Of a stretch of DNA of 64,000 nt, positions 9,727 through 20,690 are shown piece after piece (within the stretch, counting starts at the first letter, position 1; each line of letters opens with the position of its first letter). The notes below the pieces were generated by a model, which was given only the letters and a program-made list of their open reading frames with translations, had not been told where the DNA came from and made no database searches. The stretch is taken from positions 192,001-256,000 of the forward strand of contig OZ255726.1 of assembly GCA_965277405.1 (NCBI GenBank), in the 5' to 3' direction. Source of the DNA: Gammaproteobacteria bacterium (GTDB taxonomy: Bacteria; Pseudomonadota; Gammaproteobacteria; G965277405). Both the position numbers and the translations under genes were made by a program.

Positions 9727-10373
9727 TGTGCCTCCAACATAGTGTCCAACGGAGTTTGTAACCACAGCGTCAGCGGTTTATCTGCTGCAATCTCTAACTG
9801 GTTATTAACAATATTACTGATACTTACCGCGCCGCTGACAGTCACGCCAATTGGTAGCTGCCACCGCAGTCCAGCTGCGTTGCTAATCACGGTTTCACCG
9901 TGCAACGCAAAAAATGATACTTTGCACTCAACTGCAAATGGTTGTTTAATGCTGCTGTGGATGCACCACGTCTGCGTATCGTCACCACATACAACCTGGG
10001 TAAAATACTGCTGGTATGCTTGCAATACAACAATTGAATTGAGCATATGATGGGTTTCGCTACCAGCTAGCCCCACAATAGCTATGTGAGAACAACCGCG
10101 GTGTAAACTGTATGTTAGCGCCTTCTCAACATCTGTGACGTTCTGATCACACAGCGCCACTAGATTTTTGACATGGTTTGCGGCCTGCGCATCGTCAAGG
10201 TTAGCAGAATCAAAATCCCCAATCGCAACATCTACGGCTAATCCAGCCGGTATTTGATTGATGCCACCATTGCAGGCAATATGGAGGTCAAACCGCTGCC
10301 AAATTTTTTGCAGAAAGCTAGGTGGAATTGTGGCGTTGACAACCAATAATGCCGCGCGCTTTGCCTGAGTCAT
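9723..10373 (-). CDS. Thiamine pyrophosphokinase (ThiN-like)
   Basis: IGDFDS, DQNVTDVEKAL, GLRWQL, ISN motifs. Confidence 0.8.
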   Translation of the reverse strand: MTQAKRAALLVVNATIPPSFLQKIWQRFDLHIACNGGINQIPAGLAVDVAIGDFDSANLDDAQAANHVKNLVALCDQNVTDVEKALTYSLHRGCSHIAIVGLAGSETHHMLNSIVVLQAYQQYFTQVVCGDDTQTWCIHSSIKQPFAVECKVSFFALHGETVISNAAGLRWQLPIGVTVSGAVSISNIVNNQLEIAADKPLTLWLQTPLDTMLEAQ

Positions 10374-10850
10374 TTATATATTCACTGTATACGTTGCTTT
10401 GCCAAGTTCAGTGTTACTTTCACTATGCATTATGCGTATCAACCATTTTCCAGCAAACCGTGTCGGAACGCGCTTCCAAACCCGGTAGCGATATGAAGTG
10501 CTGACTTGCACGACATCTCTTTTCAGTACTTTGCCAGTGTGAATATATTGAATTTCTATCGTGTCTTGCTGCTCAAGCGGCACCAAAATACTCATCCAAA
10601 TATATAAGCGTTGCGAAAGTTGGATGGAATTACTCGCAACAGGTTTCTCGCAATCAAATTTACGCGGTCCTGTTGTTTGCACTTGCTCACAAAATATTAT
10701 TTTTACCAAAACTGGGGATGCGCCGTTCATATAATAGTTGAAAACCTTGGCTATTTCCGCGCCGCTCGGTGCTTCTAGTGCCTGTACATTTTGTGCTATT
10801 GCCACACTAAACATCAACACCACAGCCCAGGCATATTGTATCTTAGTCAT
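10374..10850 (-). CDS. Exported hypothetical protein, DUF2914-like C-terminus
   Basis: N-terminal signal peptide; YRVWKR...GKWLIRI pattern; within operon. Confidence 0.6.
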   Translation of the reverse strand: MTKIQYAWAVVLMFSVAIAQNVQALEAPSGAEIAKVFNYYMNGASPVLVKIIFCEQVQTTGPRKFDCEKPVASNSIQLSQRLYIWMSILVPLEQQDTIEIQYIHTGKVLKRDVVQVSTSYRYRVWKRVPTRFAGKWLIRIMHSESNTELGKATYTVNI

Positions 10851-12015
10851 TTATCTTACCCTCGCTTACAGCACATTCAAGGATAGTATTATGCTGCCAA
10901 AAACCAACATCGGTTAACATAATTGATTCGTTGTCGCTTTCATACATTGTGCGATCAACATTTTCTTTAAAAAAAGCAAGCAAACATTCACCACGCAGTT
11001 TGGTCGCCATTGCAAACCCGACTAGCGTAAACCTGTCCCGCAGCCGCAATACATTCAATAAATACTCATACAGTAAATCAGTCACTGCTATGGGTTGATG
11101 CACTGCCACCCGTTCAACAGCCTGCACATATGACGATGGTCGTTTTAACAGCTGATAGCGTGCAACACCTTTTTCATTGGTGTATTTACCGTGCGCACCT
11201 GCGCCAATCGCCATATAATCTCCGTATCGCCAATAATTGAGATTATGCTGGCATATTTGCTCTTCACGGCAATATGCGGAAACTTCATATTGGCGATAAC
11301 CATGGATTGCTAACAGCGCAATCCCTGCCTGTTGTATTTGCCAAATAGCCTCATCGCTTGGTAGCTGGGGCGGATGGTTGGCAAATTGTGTATTTGCCTC
11401 AATAGTAAGTTGATACCAAGATATATGGGTAGGACGCAAGGCAATAGCTTGGTGTAAGTCTTGCAGTGCTGCATCAGTAGACTGCCCAGCTAGCCCGAAA
11501 ATAATATCAATGTTAAAGTTACTGATGCCCGCTGCACGCCCATATTTAACCGCTTTAACAATGTCCCCGCCAGCGTGGAGCCGCTGTAAATGGAGTAATT
11601 GCGCTGTGTCAAACGATTGACCACCAATCGATAACCGATTAACACCTAGCTGTTGATAGCCTGCAAAAAAATCTGCATTGCTGGAGTTTGGGTTGGCTTC
11701 AATGGTAACTTCACAATGTTGCTGTAAATATGGAGTAATGGCTGCAAATAGCGGCACAAGTTGTGCTGGCGCTATCAAACTCGGCGTACCACCGCCAATA
11801 AACACACTAGTTATTTTTCTGTGGTGTTTGTTGCCGTTGCATACGCCGTGCCACTGGCGTATGCGGTGAAAATCTGCAACCAGCGTTGTGACATATAGCT
11901 GCACATCAGTTGCTTTTGGCTGCCCTGCATACGAGTTAAAATCGCAGTAGCCACACTTATGTTCACACCATGGAAAGTGAATATACAGTCCTAGCGGCTG
12001 CTGTTGTTGCGCCAT
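10843..12015 (-). CDS. hemW: Radical SAM heme chaperone HemW (HemN-like)
   Basis: LYIHFPWCEHKCGYCDFNS, GGGTPS, YEVSAY, HNLNYW. Confidence 0.93.
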   Translation of the reverse strand: MAQQQQPLGLYIHFPWCEHKCGYCDFNSYAGQPKATDVQLYVTTLVADFHRIRQWHGVCNGNKHHRKITSVFIGGGTPSLIAPAQLVPLFAAITPYLQQHCEVTIEANPNSSNADFFAGYQQLGVNRLSIGGQSFDTAQLLHLQRLHAGGDIVKAVKYGRAAGISNFNIDIIFGLAGQSTDAALQDLHQAIALRPTHISWYQLTIEANTQFANHPPQLPSDEAIWQIQQAGIALLAIHGYRQYEVSAYCREEQICQHNLNYWRYGDYMAIGAGAHGKYTNEKGVARYQLLKRPSSYVQAVERVAVHQPIAVTDLLYEYLLNVLRLRDRFTLVGFAMATKLRGECLLAFFKENVDRTMYESDNESIMLTDVGFWQHNTILECAVSEGKIND

Positions 12016-12094
12016 CGTGCGGTGCGTATGGTTTAGTTAATCAGTCGCTAGTGTCGGTTACCAATCAACAGCAATATGCTCACTACCCCTGCGT

Positions 12095-13417
12095 TTAAGG
12101 AAGTGTCAGCGGTATAAATGCTGGAAAGCCTCTGCGCACCACCCGAATGGCAACAGTCTGTCCGCTTTTCAGCAGATTGAGCAATTCAGTAAATTCTTTA
12201 ACAGAGCGAATTGGCGCTTGATACACATGGGTGAAAATATCTCCTTTTTTAAAACCAGATAACTCAGCAGGGGAATCTCTGCGTACGGCAACGAGGCGCA
12301 CGCCAAATTCAACTTCTGCTTGGTTGCGTTGATCATCGGGTAGGTTCTCTAAGCTAAAACCCAATAAACTCAGCATTCTGACAGATGGTATGCCACCTGC
12401 TATCGGATTTCCTTGCGCATCAGCTTCTCGTGATCCAATTATCACGTCTAAACTAGTTTTTTTGCCGTGACGAATAATATCGACAGCAACTTTACTACCT
12501 ATCTGCGCACGCCCAACCACCACTGGTAAATCGCTCGATTCAATAATTTCATCCGCACCGAAGCGCAACACGATATCACCATTGCGTAAGCCACTTTTTT
12601 GCGCAGGCGAATCTGGATAAACTTCTAAAATCAACGCGCCTACAGGCTTGTCAATATCAAATGCTTCAAGCAATGAATGATCAACATTTGATATGGTGAC
12701 GCCCAGCCAGCCCCTGACAATTTTTCCTGTTTCTTTTAATTGTTTGGCAACATCCATGGCAATTTTTATGGGGATGGCAAAAGCTAGGCCAGCAAAGGTG
12801 CCGGTGCGAGAAAAAATCTGTGAATTGATACCAATAACCTCACCAGCAACATTGAACAAGGGACCACCAGAATTTCCAGGGTTCACCGCTGCATCTGTTT
12901 GGATAAACGGTACATATGTCTCGTTTGGCAATCGACGACCTTTCGCGCTAACAATGCCAATAGTAATTGAATAATCTAACCCAAACGGCGAGCCAATAGC
13001 CGCAACCCAGTCGCCTTCTTGACTCGCATCGCTATTACCGATCCTGACAACTGGTAGCGGTTTATCATATGTAATTTTGATAAGTGCCACATCAGTTTGT
13101 GGATCAGCACCAATCAAACGAGCTTTTAACTCGGTGCGATCTTGCAAGCGCACAATAATATTCTGACTCTGCCGAACAACATGGTTATTGGTTAAAATAT
13201 ATCCATCTTGTGAAATAATAAACCCAGAACCAAAACCTTGCTGCTTGCCTTGACGAGAATTGCTGCCCTCACTAGTGTTGGTAACATTAACAATCGCAGC
13301 AACATTATCTTTGAAAAGCTGTCGAAAATTTGGTAGTGACTCAGCTACTGTAAGCGAAGAAAAAACTAGCAGCAATAACACACTGCATCCACGGAATATT
13401 CTGTATTTCATTATCAT
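12095..13417 (-). CDS. Periplasmic Do/HtrA serine protease (DegP/MucD-like) with two PDZ domains
   Basis: GSGFII, TNNHV, IQTDAAVNPGNSGGPL, signal peptide. Confidence 0.93.
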   Translation of the reverse strand: MIMKYRIFRGCSVLLLLVFSSLTVAESLPNFRQLFKDNVAAIVNVTNTSEGSNSRQGKQQGFGSGFIISQDGYILTNNHVVRQSQNIIVRLQDRTELKARLIGADPQTDVALIKITYDKPLPVVRIGNSDASQEGDWVAAIGSPFGLDYSITIGIVSAKGRRLPNETYVPFIQTDAAVNPGNSGGPLFNVAGEVIGINSQIFSRTGTFAGLAFAIPIKIAMDVAKQLKETGKIVRGWLGVTISNVDHSLLEAFDIDKPVGALILEVYPDSPAQKSGLRNGDIVLRFGADEIIESSDLPVVVGRAQIGSKVAVDIIRHGKKTSLDVIIGSREADAQGNPIAGGIPSVRMLSLLGFSLENLPDDQRNQAEVEFGVRLVAVRRDSPAELSGFKKGDIFTHVYQAPIRSVKEFTELLNLLKSGQTVAIRVVRRGFPAFIPLTLP

Positions 13418-13672
13418 TTTGTTAACTCATAATGTTGAAGGGAACTTTGATTAAATCGCTGATGAAGAGTGTATTGCCAATAGCAATTGGGTAAGCAAAT
13501 AATGTCGCAATATGTACATACAATATGTACATAGTTGTATGCCAATTGGATGCTACTTGAGCTATCCACTCATTACAATTGCCAAGATGTAACCAACCAA
13601 GCCCATAATGGCAAGCACAATGAACGTTGTGCCAAATCATATCACATGCAACAATGTATGTGACAATGTGTG

Positions 13673-14833
13673 TTATTCATATAAAGAATAGGCAACCCCT
13701 TGTAACATATCAAAAGACTGTTGCAATTGGCTAGCAGTAACAAACTCATTTGCCTGATGCGCTTGCTCAATTGAACCTGGACCGCATACCACAACTGATG
13801 TGTCAAGCGACTGAAACAACCCTGCTTCTGTTGCAAAAGAAACCACGTCTTCGGTACGTTTTCCAAGCAATTGACCCACGAGTAAAGCTGCTAAATTTTC
13901 ACCCATTGGTTGAAAAATTTCCACCTCGCTGACAGTTTTTGTTGTAATCATTGCATCTGGATACACCTTGCGCATTTCAGGCAGTAACGACTGCTTGCAT
14001 AATGCTGTTATTGCGTTGTGGACATACGCACTATCTGCTTGATTGAGGGGGCGCATTTCCCAATCGATCTGCGCAGCATCAGCAATCACATTGTGCGCAT
14101 GACCACCACAGATTTTACCGATATTAATCGTCGTCCATGCAGGGGTGTATTTACTATTCTCAGCTGCACGACCTTGACAATCTTCATGAATTTCAAGCAG
14201 TTTTTTTCCAAACCTAATCGCGTATTCCGTAGCACTAACACCTTTATTGGGCAATGACGCATGCCCTGCCAGTCCAGTGAAATACGTGGTGTAGGCGTTA
14301 CAACCCTTATGGCCGATTACCGACTGCATTAGTGTTGGCTCACCAACGATGACACGGTTTGGCACAACCGCCATAGTTTGTATTTCCTTCACCAGTGCAG
14401 CTACCCCCAAACACCCGACTTCTTCATCATAAGTGAAGGCAAAATGGATAGGACGCTGCAATTTTCCTGCGTCTACCACATCCAAAACGCCGAGACTTGT
14501 CGCAATAAACCCTTTCATGTCACAACTGCCGCGCCCATATAGCCTTTCATCAACAGTACATAGCATAAATGGGTCGCTATGCCATGGCTGGCCAACAACA
14601 GGAACAACATCGGTATGACCAGAAAATATAACTCCGCCGTCACATTCAGGGCCTAGCGTAGCAAATACGTTGGCTTTGCGACCGCTTATATCCGCAAAGC
14701 AGGCCACCTTAGCCCCACGTTGTTCTAAATAGTTTGCTAGATATTCAACCAGTGCGAGATTAGACTCTGATGAAATAGTTGGATAGGCAATAATATCGCT
14801 TAAAATAGCTATGGTCTGGCTGGGTTCTTTCAT
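13673..14833 (-). CDS. argE: Acetylornithine deacetylase (M20 family)
   Basis: SGHTDVVP, GRGSCDMKGF, DEEVGC, GEPT, AHQANE. Confidence 0.88.
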   Translation of the reverse strand: MKEPSQTIAILSDIIAYPTISSESNLALVEYLANYLEQRGAKVACFADISGRKANVFATLGPECDGGVIFSGHTDVVPVVGQPWHSDPFMLCTVDERLYGRGSCDMKGFIATSLGVLDVVDAGKLQRPIHFAFTYDEEVGCLGVAALVKEIQTMAVVPNRVIVGEPTLMQSVIGHKGCNAYTTYFTGLAGHASLPNKGVSATEYAIRFGKKLLEIHEDCQGRAAENSKYTPAWTTINIGKICGGHAHNVIADAAQIDWEMRPLNQADSAYVHNAITALCKQSLLPEMRKVYPDAMITTKTVSEVEIFQPMGENLAALLVGQLLGKRTEDVVSFATEAGLFQSLDTSVVVCGPGSIEQAHQANEFVTASQLQQSFDMLQGVAYSLYE

Positions 14834-16230
14834 TTCCTGTGTTTGGCTATTGAGCGGCGCAATGCATTACGTTGAGCAATCCGTGCGTGCGCAAAATTAT
14901 TTTTGGGTACGTCATCTGTCACAGTGGTTGCTGCGGCAATGAAGGCGTTATCATCCAACTTGACAGGCGCAACCAATGTTGTGTTTGAACCGACAAAAAC
15001 ACCATTGCCAAGCTGCGTTATATGCTTGTTGTTGCCGTCATAATTACACGTGATTGTCCCTGCGCCAATATTACAACCGTCGCCAATATTGCAATCCCCA
15101 ATATATGAGAGATGGTTGACTTTACTCTTAGCACCAATGACGGCATTTTTTGTTTCGACAAAGTTGCCGATTTTAGCGTGCTCAGCAATCTTACTGCTAG
15201 GGCGGATGCGTGCAAAAGGACCAATACTCGCAGCCATGCCAATCTGCGCTCCATCGATAAGTGAATACGGCTTGATGGTTGCGCCATCGGCAATGTGACA
15301 GTTACGCAACATACAGCCACTGCCTATTAAAACGTTGTTTCCTAGCGTTACTCGACCTTCAATGATGACATTAACATCAATCCGCGTATCGCTACCGTGG
15401 GTCAATTGTCCGCGCAAATCAAAACGCTGCGGGTCAACAAGGTGCAGACCTTTACGCATCATTTCGTTGGCTTGATGTAGTTGATAATGCCGCTCTAAAT
15501 TCGCTTGATCGGCACGGTCATTGATTCCCAAAACTTCCCAATCATTCGCTGAATGAATACCGCAGACAATACAGTTTTCTTGCAAAGCAAGCCGGATGCA
15601 CTGGGTGATGTAAAATTCTTGTTGGCTATTGGTATTTGTCAGTTGGTGGACCAATTTCTTAAACAACGCCTTCGATGCTGCATACGCACCGCAGTTGATT
15701 TCTCTAATATTTCGTTGCAGCATATTTGCATCTTTTTCCTCGACAACTTCGGCGATGAGATGAGCATCATCACGAATTACCCTCCCATAGCCGGTGGCAT
15801 CGTCAACATGCGATGTCAAGATAGCCAGCGCATCGTCACTCCCTTGAATCATTTGCTGCATCGTCGCTGCGCTTAATAACGGCATGTCACCGTTGAGCAC
15901 CAGCACTGTATTACCATCGGTTACATGCTCTAAAGCAACTTGTAATGCATGCCCTGTCCCCAACAGTTCTGCTTGTACACAGAGTTTAATATTAGGGTGG
16001 TGTGCGCATAAATATAAAAACTGCTGGTGTTCAGTACCGACCACCACCAATATTTGTGCGGTATCGAGGGTTTGCACCGCCGCAATAATATGTTCGATGA
16101 GAGGAATCCCAGCAATATGCTGCAGCGGTTTTGCTACATTTGAATGCATTCGCGTCCCTTTGCCTGCGGCTAAAATTACAACAGTTGTTGTCATAGTTGT
16201 TGCCATATTCGTTGACATATTTATTGCCAT
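14830..16230 (-). CDS. glmU: Bifunctional UDP-GlcNAc pyrophosphorylase/glucosamine-1-P acetyltransferase
   Basis: ILAAGKGTRM, hexapeptide repeats, GNFVETK, CNYDG. Confidence 0.97.
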   Translation of the reverse strand: MAINMSTNMATTMTTTVVILAAGKGTRMHSNVAKPLQHIAGIPLIEHIIAAVQTLDTAQILVVVGTEHQQFLYLCAHHPNIKLCVQAELLGTGHALQVALEHVTDGNTVLVLNGDMPLLSAATMQQMIQGSDDALAILTSHVDDATGYGRVIRDDAHLIAEVVEEKDANMLQRNIREINCGAYAASKALFKKLVHQLTNTNSQQEFYITQCIRLALQENCIVCGIHSANDWEVLGINDRADQANLERHYQLHQANEMMRKGLHLVDPQRFDLRGQLTHGSDTRIDVNVIIEGRVTLGNNVLIGSGCMLRNCHIADGATIKPYSLIDGAQIGMAASIGPFARIRPSSKIAEHAKIGNFVETKNAVIGAKSKVNHLSYIGDCNIGDGCNIGAGTITCNYDGNNKHITQLGNGVFVGSNTTLVAPVKLDDNAFIAAATTVTDDVPKNNFAHARIAQRNALRRSIAKHRK

Positions 16231-16287
16231 ATTTGTATGTTTAGAAATAATTCATCCATTGTGCAGCAAACCCACAATAATATATGA

Positions 16288-16956
16288 TTGAAATTTGTTT
16301 TTTACCAGCTTTGGAGCACAACCACGATTCCCCAACTCAATCACCACCTTAGCCGATTTCCAGCGACGCACACCGCATTAGCTGAACCAAACGGGCTGCT
16401 CGCCTATGGTGGTGATTTGCAACCGCAACGCCTGTTGCACGCCTACGCGCAAGGGATATTTCCATGGTATAACGAACCACCAATCCTCTGGTGGAGCCCA
16501 TCCCCAAGATTAGTGCTGTTCCCGCAAAACCTGCATATCTCCCGCCGTGATGCCAAGTTATTCAAAGCCAAGCCTTGGTATTGTAAACTCAACTATTGTT
16601 TTGTCGATGTGATTACACAATGCGCAAACCGCCCCAAAACTGGCACGTGGATTCACCCTGAAATGATACAAGCATATCTAGCATTACATACCACAGGTCA
16701 TGCCCATAGCGTTGCGGTATTGAACGGGCAACAAATCATTGCGGGATTATACGGCATTCGCATCCATAACGTATTTTTTGGCGAGTCGATTTTTTCTAAT
16801 GTGGCAAGTGCCAGCAAGTTTGCCGTTCAAGCACTTTGCAGGTGGTGTATTGATCAAGGCATCCAACTGATTGACTGCCAACAACAAACGCCGTTTCTCA
16901 CCAGTCTTGGTGCAGATGAAATCAGTCGAGCAACCTTTGAAACATATTTATTATAG
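16288..16956 (+). CDS. aat: Leucyl/phenylalanyl-tRNA--protein transferase
   Basis: PNGLLAYGGDL, GIFPWY, LWWSP, FFGES, LIDCQ; exact start uncertain. Confidence 0.93.
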   Translation: MKFVFYQLWSTTTIPQLNHHLSRFPATHTALAEPNGLLAYGGDLQPQRLLHAYAQGIFPWYNEPPILWWSPSPRLVLFPQNLHISRRDAKLFKAKPWYCKLNYCFVDVITQCANRPKTGTWIHPEMIQAYLALHTTGHAHSVAVLNGQQIIAGLYGIRIHNVFFGESIFSNVASASKFAVQALCRWCIDQGIQLIDCQQQTPFLTSLGADEISRATFETYLL

Positions 16957-16967
16957 GCTCATGCTAG

Positions 16968-17243
16968 GGAAACTCTGATTAAGTCCATGACGGGCGAGAC
17001 GGAAAAAAAACGCTGATGATAACTAGACGCAGTGCGCTGATAATACTGGTGGTATTATTAAGTGCTGCAACGACGTTAGCGCAGCGTTTTTTCCCGTCCT
17101 TCTGTTGAATATACAACGGTTTGATGGTAATTGCTGTGTTGCATCCCTTGGCGTATAACTCGGCATGCGCTTAGCGGTTTGCGCCTTGCAATCATCAGCA
17201 ATTGCCATCAAACTCGCTCCATCAGCACTTAATCAGAGGTTCC
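16968..17243 (+). mobile_element. IS5-type MITE, full-length copy
   Basis: GGAAACTCTGATTAAGT...ACTTAATCAGAGGTTCC; flanks CTAG/TTAG. Confidence 0.9.
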
Positions 17244-17425
17244 TTAGCAGATCTGGGTTGCTAGGTGGTACAACAACAAACATTATTCACGGCAGGCGGC
17301 AACATATGCCCGCGACATATGACCACGACAATTGCTGCGCTGGGATATGTATTTGCGCTATCATGCAATGTAAGCTGCGTTGCAATCAACGCTATTTACT
17401 AGCAAAATCACCGTATTAGCGTGCT

Positions 17426-19312
17426 ATGACATCCACTCCAATGTCCCAAACTAACATTTTTCGTCTATTTGCTATCTTGGTTGACTGCTGCGTTATTGTG
17501 GCAACAGTATGGATTGCCTTTGCGCTGCGTCTAGATATTTGGTCAATCGAAATGCAGCAACAACACCCAGAGTATGCGGCGGTGATTGCAATGTTACTGG
17601 CATTGCCAATATTTATGTATTTCGATTTATACCGTGTGGTATTGCGGTATGCAGGTTTTGAAACATTCCGTAGACTGATTAACGCATCCATTGTATACAC
17701 GCTGCTATTTGCAACTGTTGTTGTGGTTGTTGGGATTGGTGGCGTGCCGCGGACAATCGGTTTCATCCAGCCAATATTATTGTTCATCGGCATTGCCGTG
17801 ACCCGCTTTGGTGTTCGCTATATAGCAACGCTGCATCATGCGCAAGTCGTGCATCGGACGCTTATATATGGTGCAGGAGAAGCTGGAAGGAGTGTTGCAG
17901 CAGCATTAAAAGATGAAGCTGATCGGCATATTGTCGGTTTTATTGATGACAATACAAGTTTATTACATAGCGCGATTAATGGCATTCGGGTTTTTTCGTC
18001 AGCAGAAACGCCGCAGCTTATCAGCAAGCATGATGTCAATGAAGTGCTGCTGGCAATCCCGAGCGTCTCATATTCCAGAAGGCAGGAAATAACCAATTCG
18101 CTGGTTGGACATGCCATCCGCATTCAGACAATACCAACATTGAATGATATTGCCTCAGGGAAGGTTGCGGTTAATTCGATTCGTGAGTTGGATATACACG
18201 ATGTATTGGGTAGGGATACAATTGTGGCTGATGCTGCGCTGTTGCGTAAAAATATTTGTAATAAAACAGTGCTCGTTACTGGTGCTGGCGGGTCTATCGG
18301 CAGTGAGTTATGTCGACAAATAGCGCAAACAAACCCCAGCATGCTGGTATTGCTCGATCACTGTGAGTTTGCTTTATATACCATTCACCGTGAATTGCTC
18401 AAAACATTGCCTGCGCAAAATATGATCACAATATTAGCATCTGTTACCGATGAACAGCATATACAGCGCATTTTTTCGACATGGAAAATTGATACTGTAT
18501 ACCATACTGCCGCCTACAAACATGTGCCGTTGGTGGAGATGAATATTGCGCAAGGTCTCTACAATAACAGCATTGGAACTTGGGTGATTGCCACTGCTGC
18601 TGTGCAAACAAATGTACCGTTGCTGGTGCTGATAAGCACTGATAAAGCCGTACGACCAACCAATGCCATGGGCGCAACGAAACGCATAGCTGAAATGATA
18701 TTGCAGAGTTTGCATACGCAACATAATACCACTGTGTTGGCGATGGTCAGGTTTGGTAATGTGCTGAATTCATCTGGCTCAGTAATACCGCTGTTTCGTG
18801 AACAGATTCGTTCAGGTAGGGCTGTTACCGTGACACATAAAAATATGACACGCTATTTCATGACGATTACAGAGGCAGCACAGCTGGTCATTCAAGCAGG
18901 CGCAATGGCAAATGGCGGCGAAGTGTTTGTCCTTGACATGGGTGAACCTGTCAACATTTATCAGTTAGCGCGACGACTCATTATGCTTTCAGGGCTGACT
19001 ATTTGCGAAGAAGAGACCCCAGACGGTGACATTACCATCAAAGTAATCGGCGCTCGACCAGGAGAAAAAATACACGAGGAACTCCTCATTGGCGATGCAG
19101 CAGTTGCCACATCCCACCCTAGAATATTAAAAGCACAAGATCCAATAGCGGATTGGAATGAGCTGGTTGCTTTGCTTGAACATGCCAAAATAATATGCCG
19201 CGATAATGATGTAGTGGCGATCAGAGCACTACTACAACGCGCAGTTGGTGCATATGTCCCAGATGCAGAAATTGTCGACGTGTTGCATAGCCATCAGCAG
19301 CAGAGCTTATAG
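17426..19312 (+). CDS. Membrane-anchored nucleoside-diphosphate sugar 4,6-dehydratase (PglF/WbpM/CapD family)
   Basis: N-terminal TM segments; TGAGGSIGSEL, AAYKHVP, ISTDKAVRP, RFGNVL, MTRYFM. Confidence 0.93.
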   Translation: MTSTPMSQTNIFRLFAILVDCCVIVATVWIAFALRLDIWSIEMQQQHPEYAAVIAMLLALPIFMYFDLYRVVLRYAGFETFRRLINASIVYTLLFATVVVVVGIGGVPRTIGFIQPILLFIGIAVTRFGVRYIATLHHAQVVHRTLIYGAGEAGRSVAAALKDEADRHIVGFIDDNTSLLHSAINGIRVFSSAETPQLISKHDVNEVLLAIPSVSYSRRQEITNSLVGHAIRIQTIPTLNDIASGKVAVNSIRELDIHDVLGRDTIVADAALLRKNICNKTVLVTGAGGSIGSELCRQIAQTNPSMLVLLDHCEFALYTIHRELLKTLPAQNMITILASVTDEQHIQRIFSTWKIDTVYHTAAYKHVPLVEMNIAQGLYNNSIGTWVIATAAVQTNVPLLVLISTDKAVRPTNAMGATKRIAEMILQSLHTQHNTTVLAMVRFGNVLNSSGSVIPLFREQIRSGRAVTVTHKNMTRYFMTITEAAQLVIQAGAMANGGEVFVLDMGEPVNIYQLARRLIMLSGLTICEEETPDGDITIKVIGARPGEKIHEELLIGDAAVATSHPRILKAQDPIADWNELVALLEHAKIICRDNDVVAIRALLQRAVGAYVPDAEIVDVLHSHQQQSL

Positions 19313-19316
19313 CAGT

Positions 19317-20690
19317 TTAGGAGATAGTATCAAGAATAGAATGTGCTGCTTGGCGCCCTTGATCGACGGCACGCACAACAAGGTTAGAGCCAAGCACCAC
19401 ATCGCCACCTGCAAAAATTTTAGGGTTGGTTGTCTGCATCGGAATGGATGATGAAGTTTGTAGCAACTGATTTTCTGTTTGTTGCACCCCGTATTGTTGC
19501 AACCATTCAGGCGGACTTGGTCGAAAACCAAATGCAACCACAACGCTGTCACATGCAAGCCGCGTTTGCTTGCTTGTTTGCACCAGTCTGCCATCGTCCA
19601 TTGTTGTTTCTTCACAAATAACAGCGGTCACCGCATCGCCTGACGTTTCAATAGCTATCGGCTGCTGATTAAACACAAACTCAACACCTTCTTCTTTGGC
19701 ATTGTTGATTTCTTTAACCGATCCTGGCATAGCACTTTGACCGCGACGATACACACATTGCACCTGTGCAGCTCCCTGGCGAATAGCAGTGCGGTTGCAG
19801 TCCATCGCAGTATCCCCACCGCCTAACACGACAACGCGGCGATTTGCAACGCTAATATATGGTCGATCTTGTCCGTATGCGTGTAACTGGTTGATGTTGC
19901 CAATCAAATAATCAAGTGCTGTATGAACGTGTGGGCTGTCTTCACCCACAATATTGCCGCGTTGGTTGGTGTACGTGCCTGTACCGATAAACACTGCATC
20001 ATATGATGCGTGCAGTTCGTCAAACGACACGTCTTTGCCCACCTCGCAATTCAGTTCAAAACGGATGCCCATTTCTTCAAATACAGCACGTCTACGCTTA
20101 ATGACACTTTTCTCAAGTTTAAATTCAGGTATTCCAAAGGTGAGTAAGCCGCCAATTTCGTTGTAAGCATCATACACAACAGGTTGTACACCATTGCGGA
20201 TCAACACGTCTGCACACGATAGCCCTGCAGGACCAGCACCAATGATTGCAATTTTTTTATCTGTGCGCAACGCTGGCACGGCTGGGCGCCAGCCCAACGA
20301 GAATGCCGTATCGGTGATATATTTTTCAATCGAACCAATAGTAACCGCTCCAAAATCATCGTTTAACGTACACGCGCCTTCGCATAAACGGTCTTGTGGA
20401 CAAATGCGACCACACATTTCAGGCAGGCTGTTGGTGCTATGACAAAGTTGTGCTGCACCGATTACGTCACCGTCGCCAATAAGTTTTAACCAACTTGGAA
20501 TATAATTATGCACTGGGCATGACCATTCACAATATGGATTGCCACAATGCAGGCAGCGCTCTGATTGTTGTTGTGCTTGGGTCTGCTCATAACTGCGGTA
20601 GATTTCATCAAACTGTTGCTGCCGCTGCGCAATCGACAGGCGTGGAGGGTCAACACGCTCTACTTCTAAAAATTGCAAGCTATTGCTCAT
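19317..20690 (-). CDS. gltD: Glutamate synthase small subunit
   Basis: RCLHCGNPYCEWSCPVHNYIP, GRICPQDRLCEGAC, GGGDTAMDC. Confidence 0.93.
   Translation of the reverse strand: MSNSLQFLEVERVDPPRLSIAQRQQQFDEIYRSYEQTQAQQQSERCLHCGNPYCEWSCPVHNYIPSWLKLIGDGDVIGAAQLCHSTNSLPEMCGRICPQDRLCEGACTLNDDFGAVTIGSIEKYITDTAFSLGWRPAVPALRTDKKIAIIGAGPAGLSCADVLIRNGVQPVVYDAYNEIGGLLTFGIPEFKLEKSVIKRRRAVFEEMGIRFELNCEVGKDVSFDELHASYDAVFIGTGTYTNQRGNIVGEDSPHVHTALDYLIGNINQLHAYGQDRPYISVANRRVVVLGGGDTAMDCNRTAIRQGAAQVQCVYRRGQSAMPGSVKEINNAKEEGVEFVFNQQPIAIETSGDAVTAVICEETTMDDGRLVQTSKQTRLACDSVVVAFGFRPSPPEWLQQYGVQQTENQLLQTSSSIPMQTTNPKIFAGGDVVLGSNLVVRAVDQGRQAAHSILDTIS

Noticed and set aside
13422-13670. Possible degenerate rseC/mucC upstream of degP
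   Set aside because: Only positional plausibility and scattered Cys/hydrophobic residues; no convincing motif
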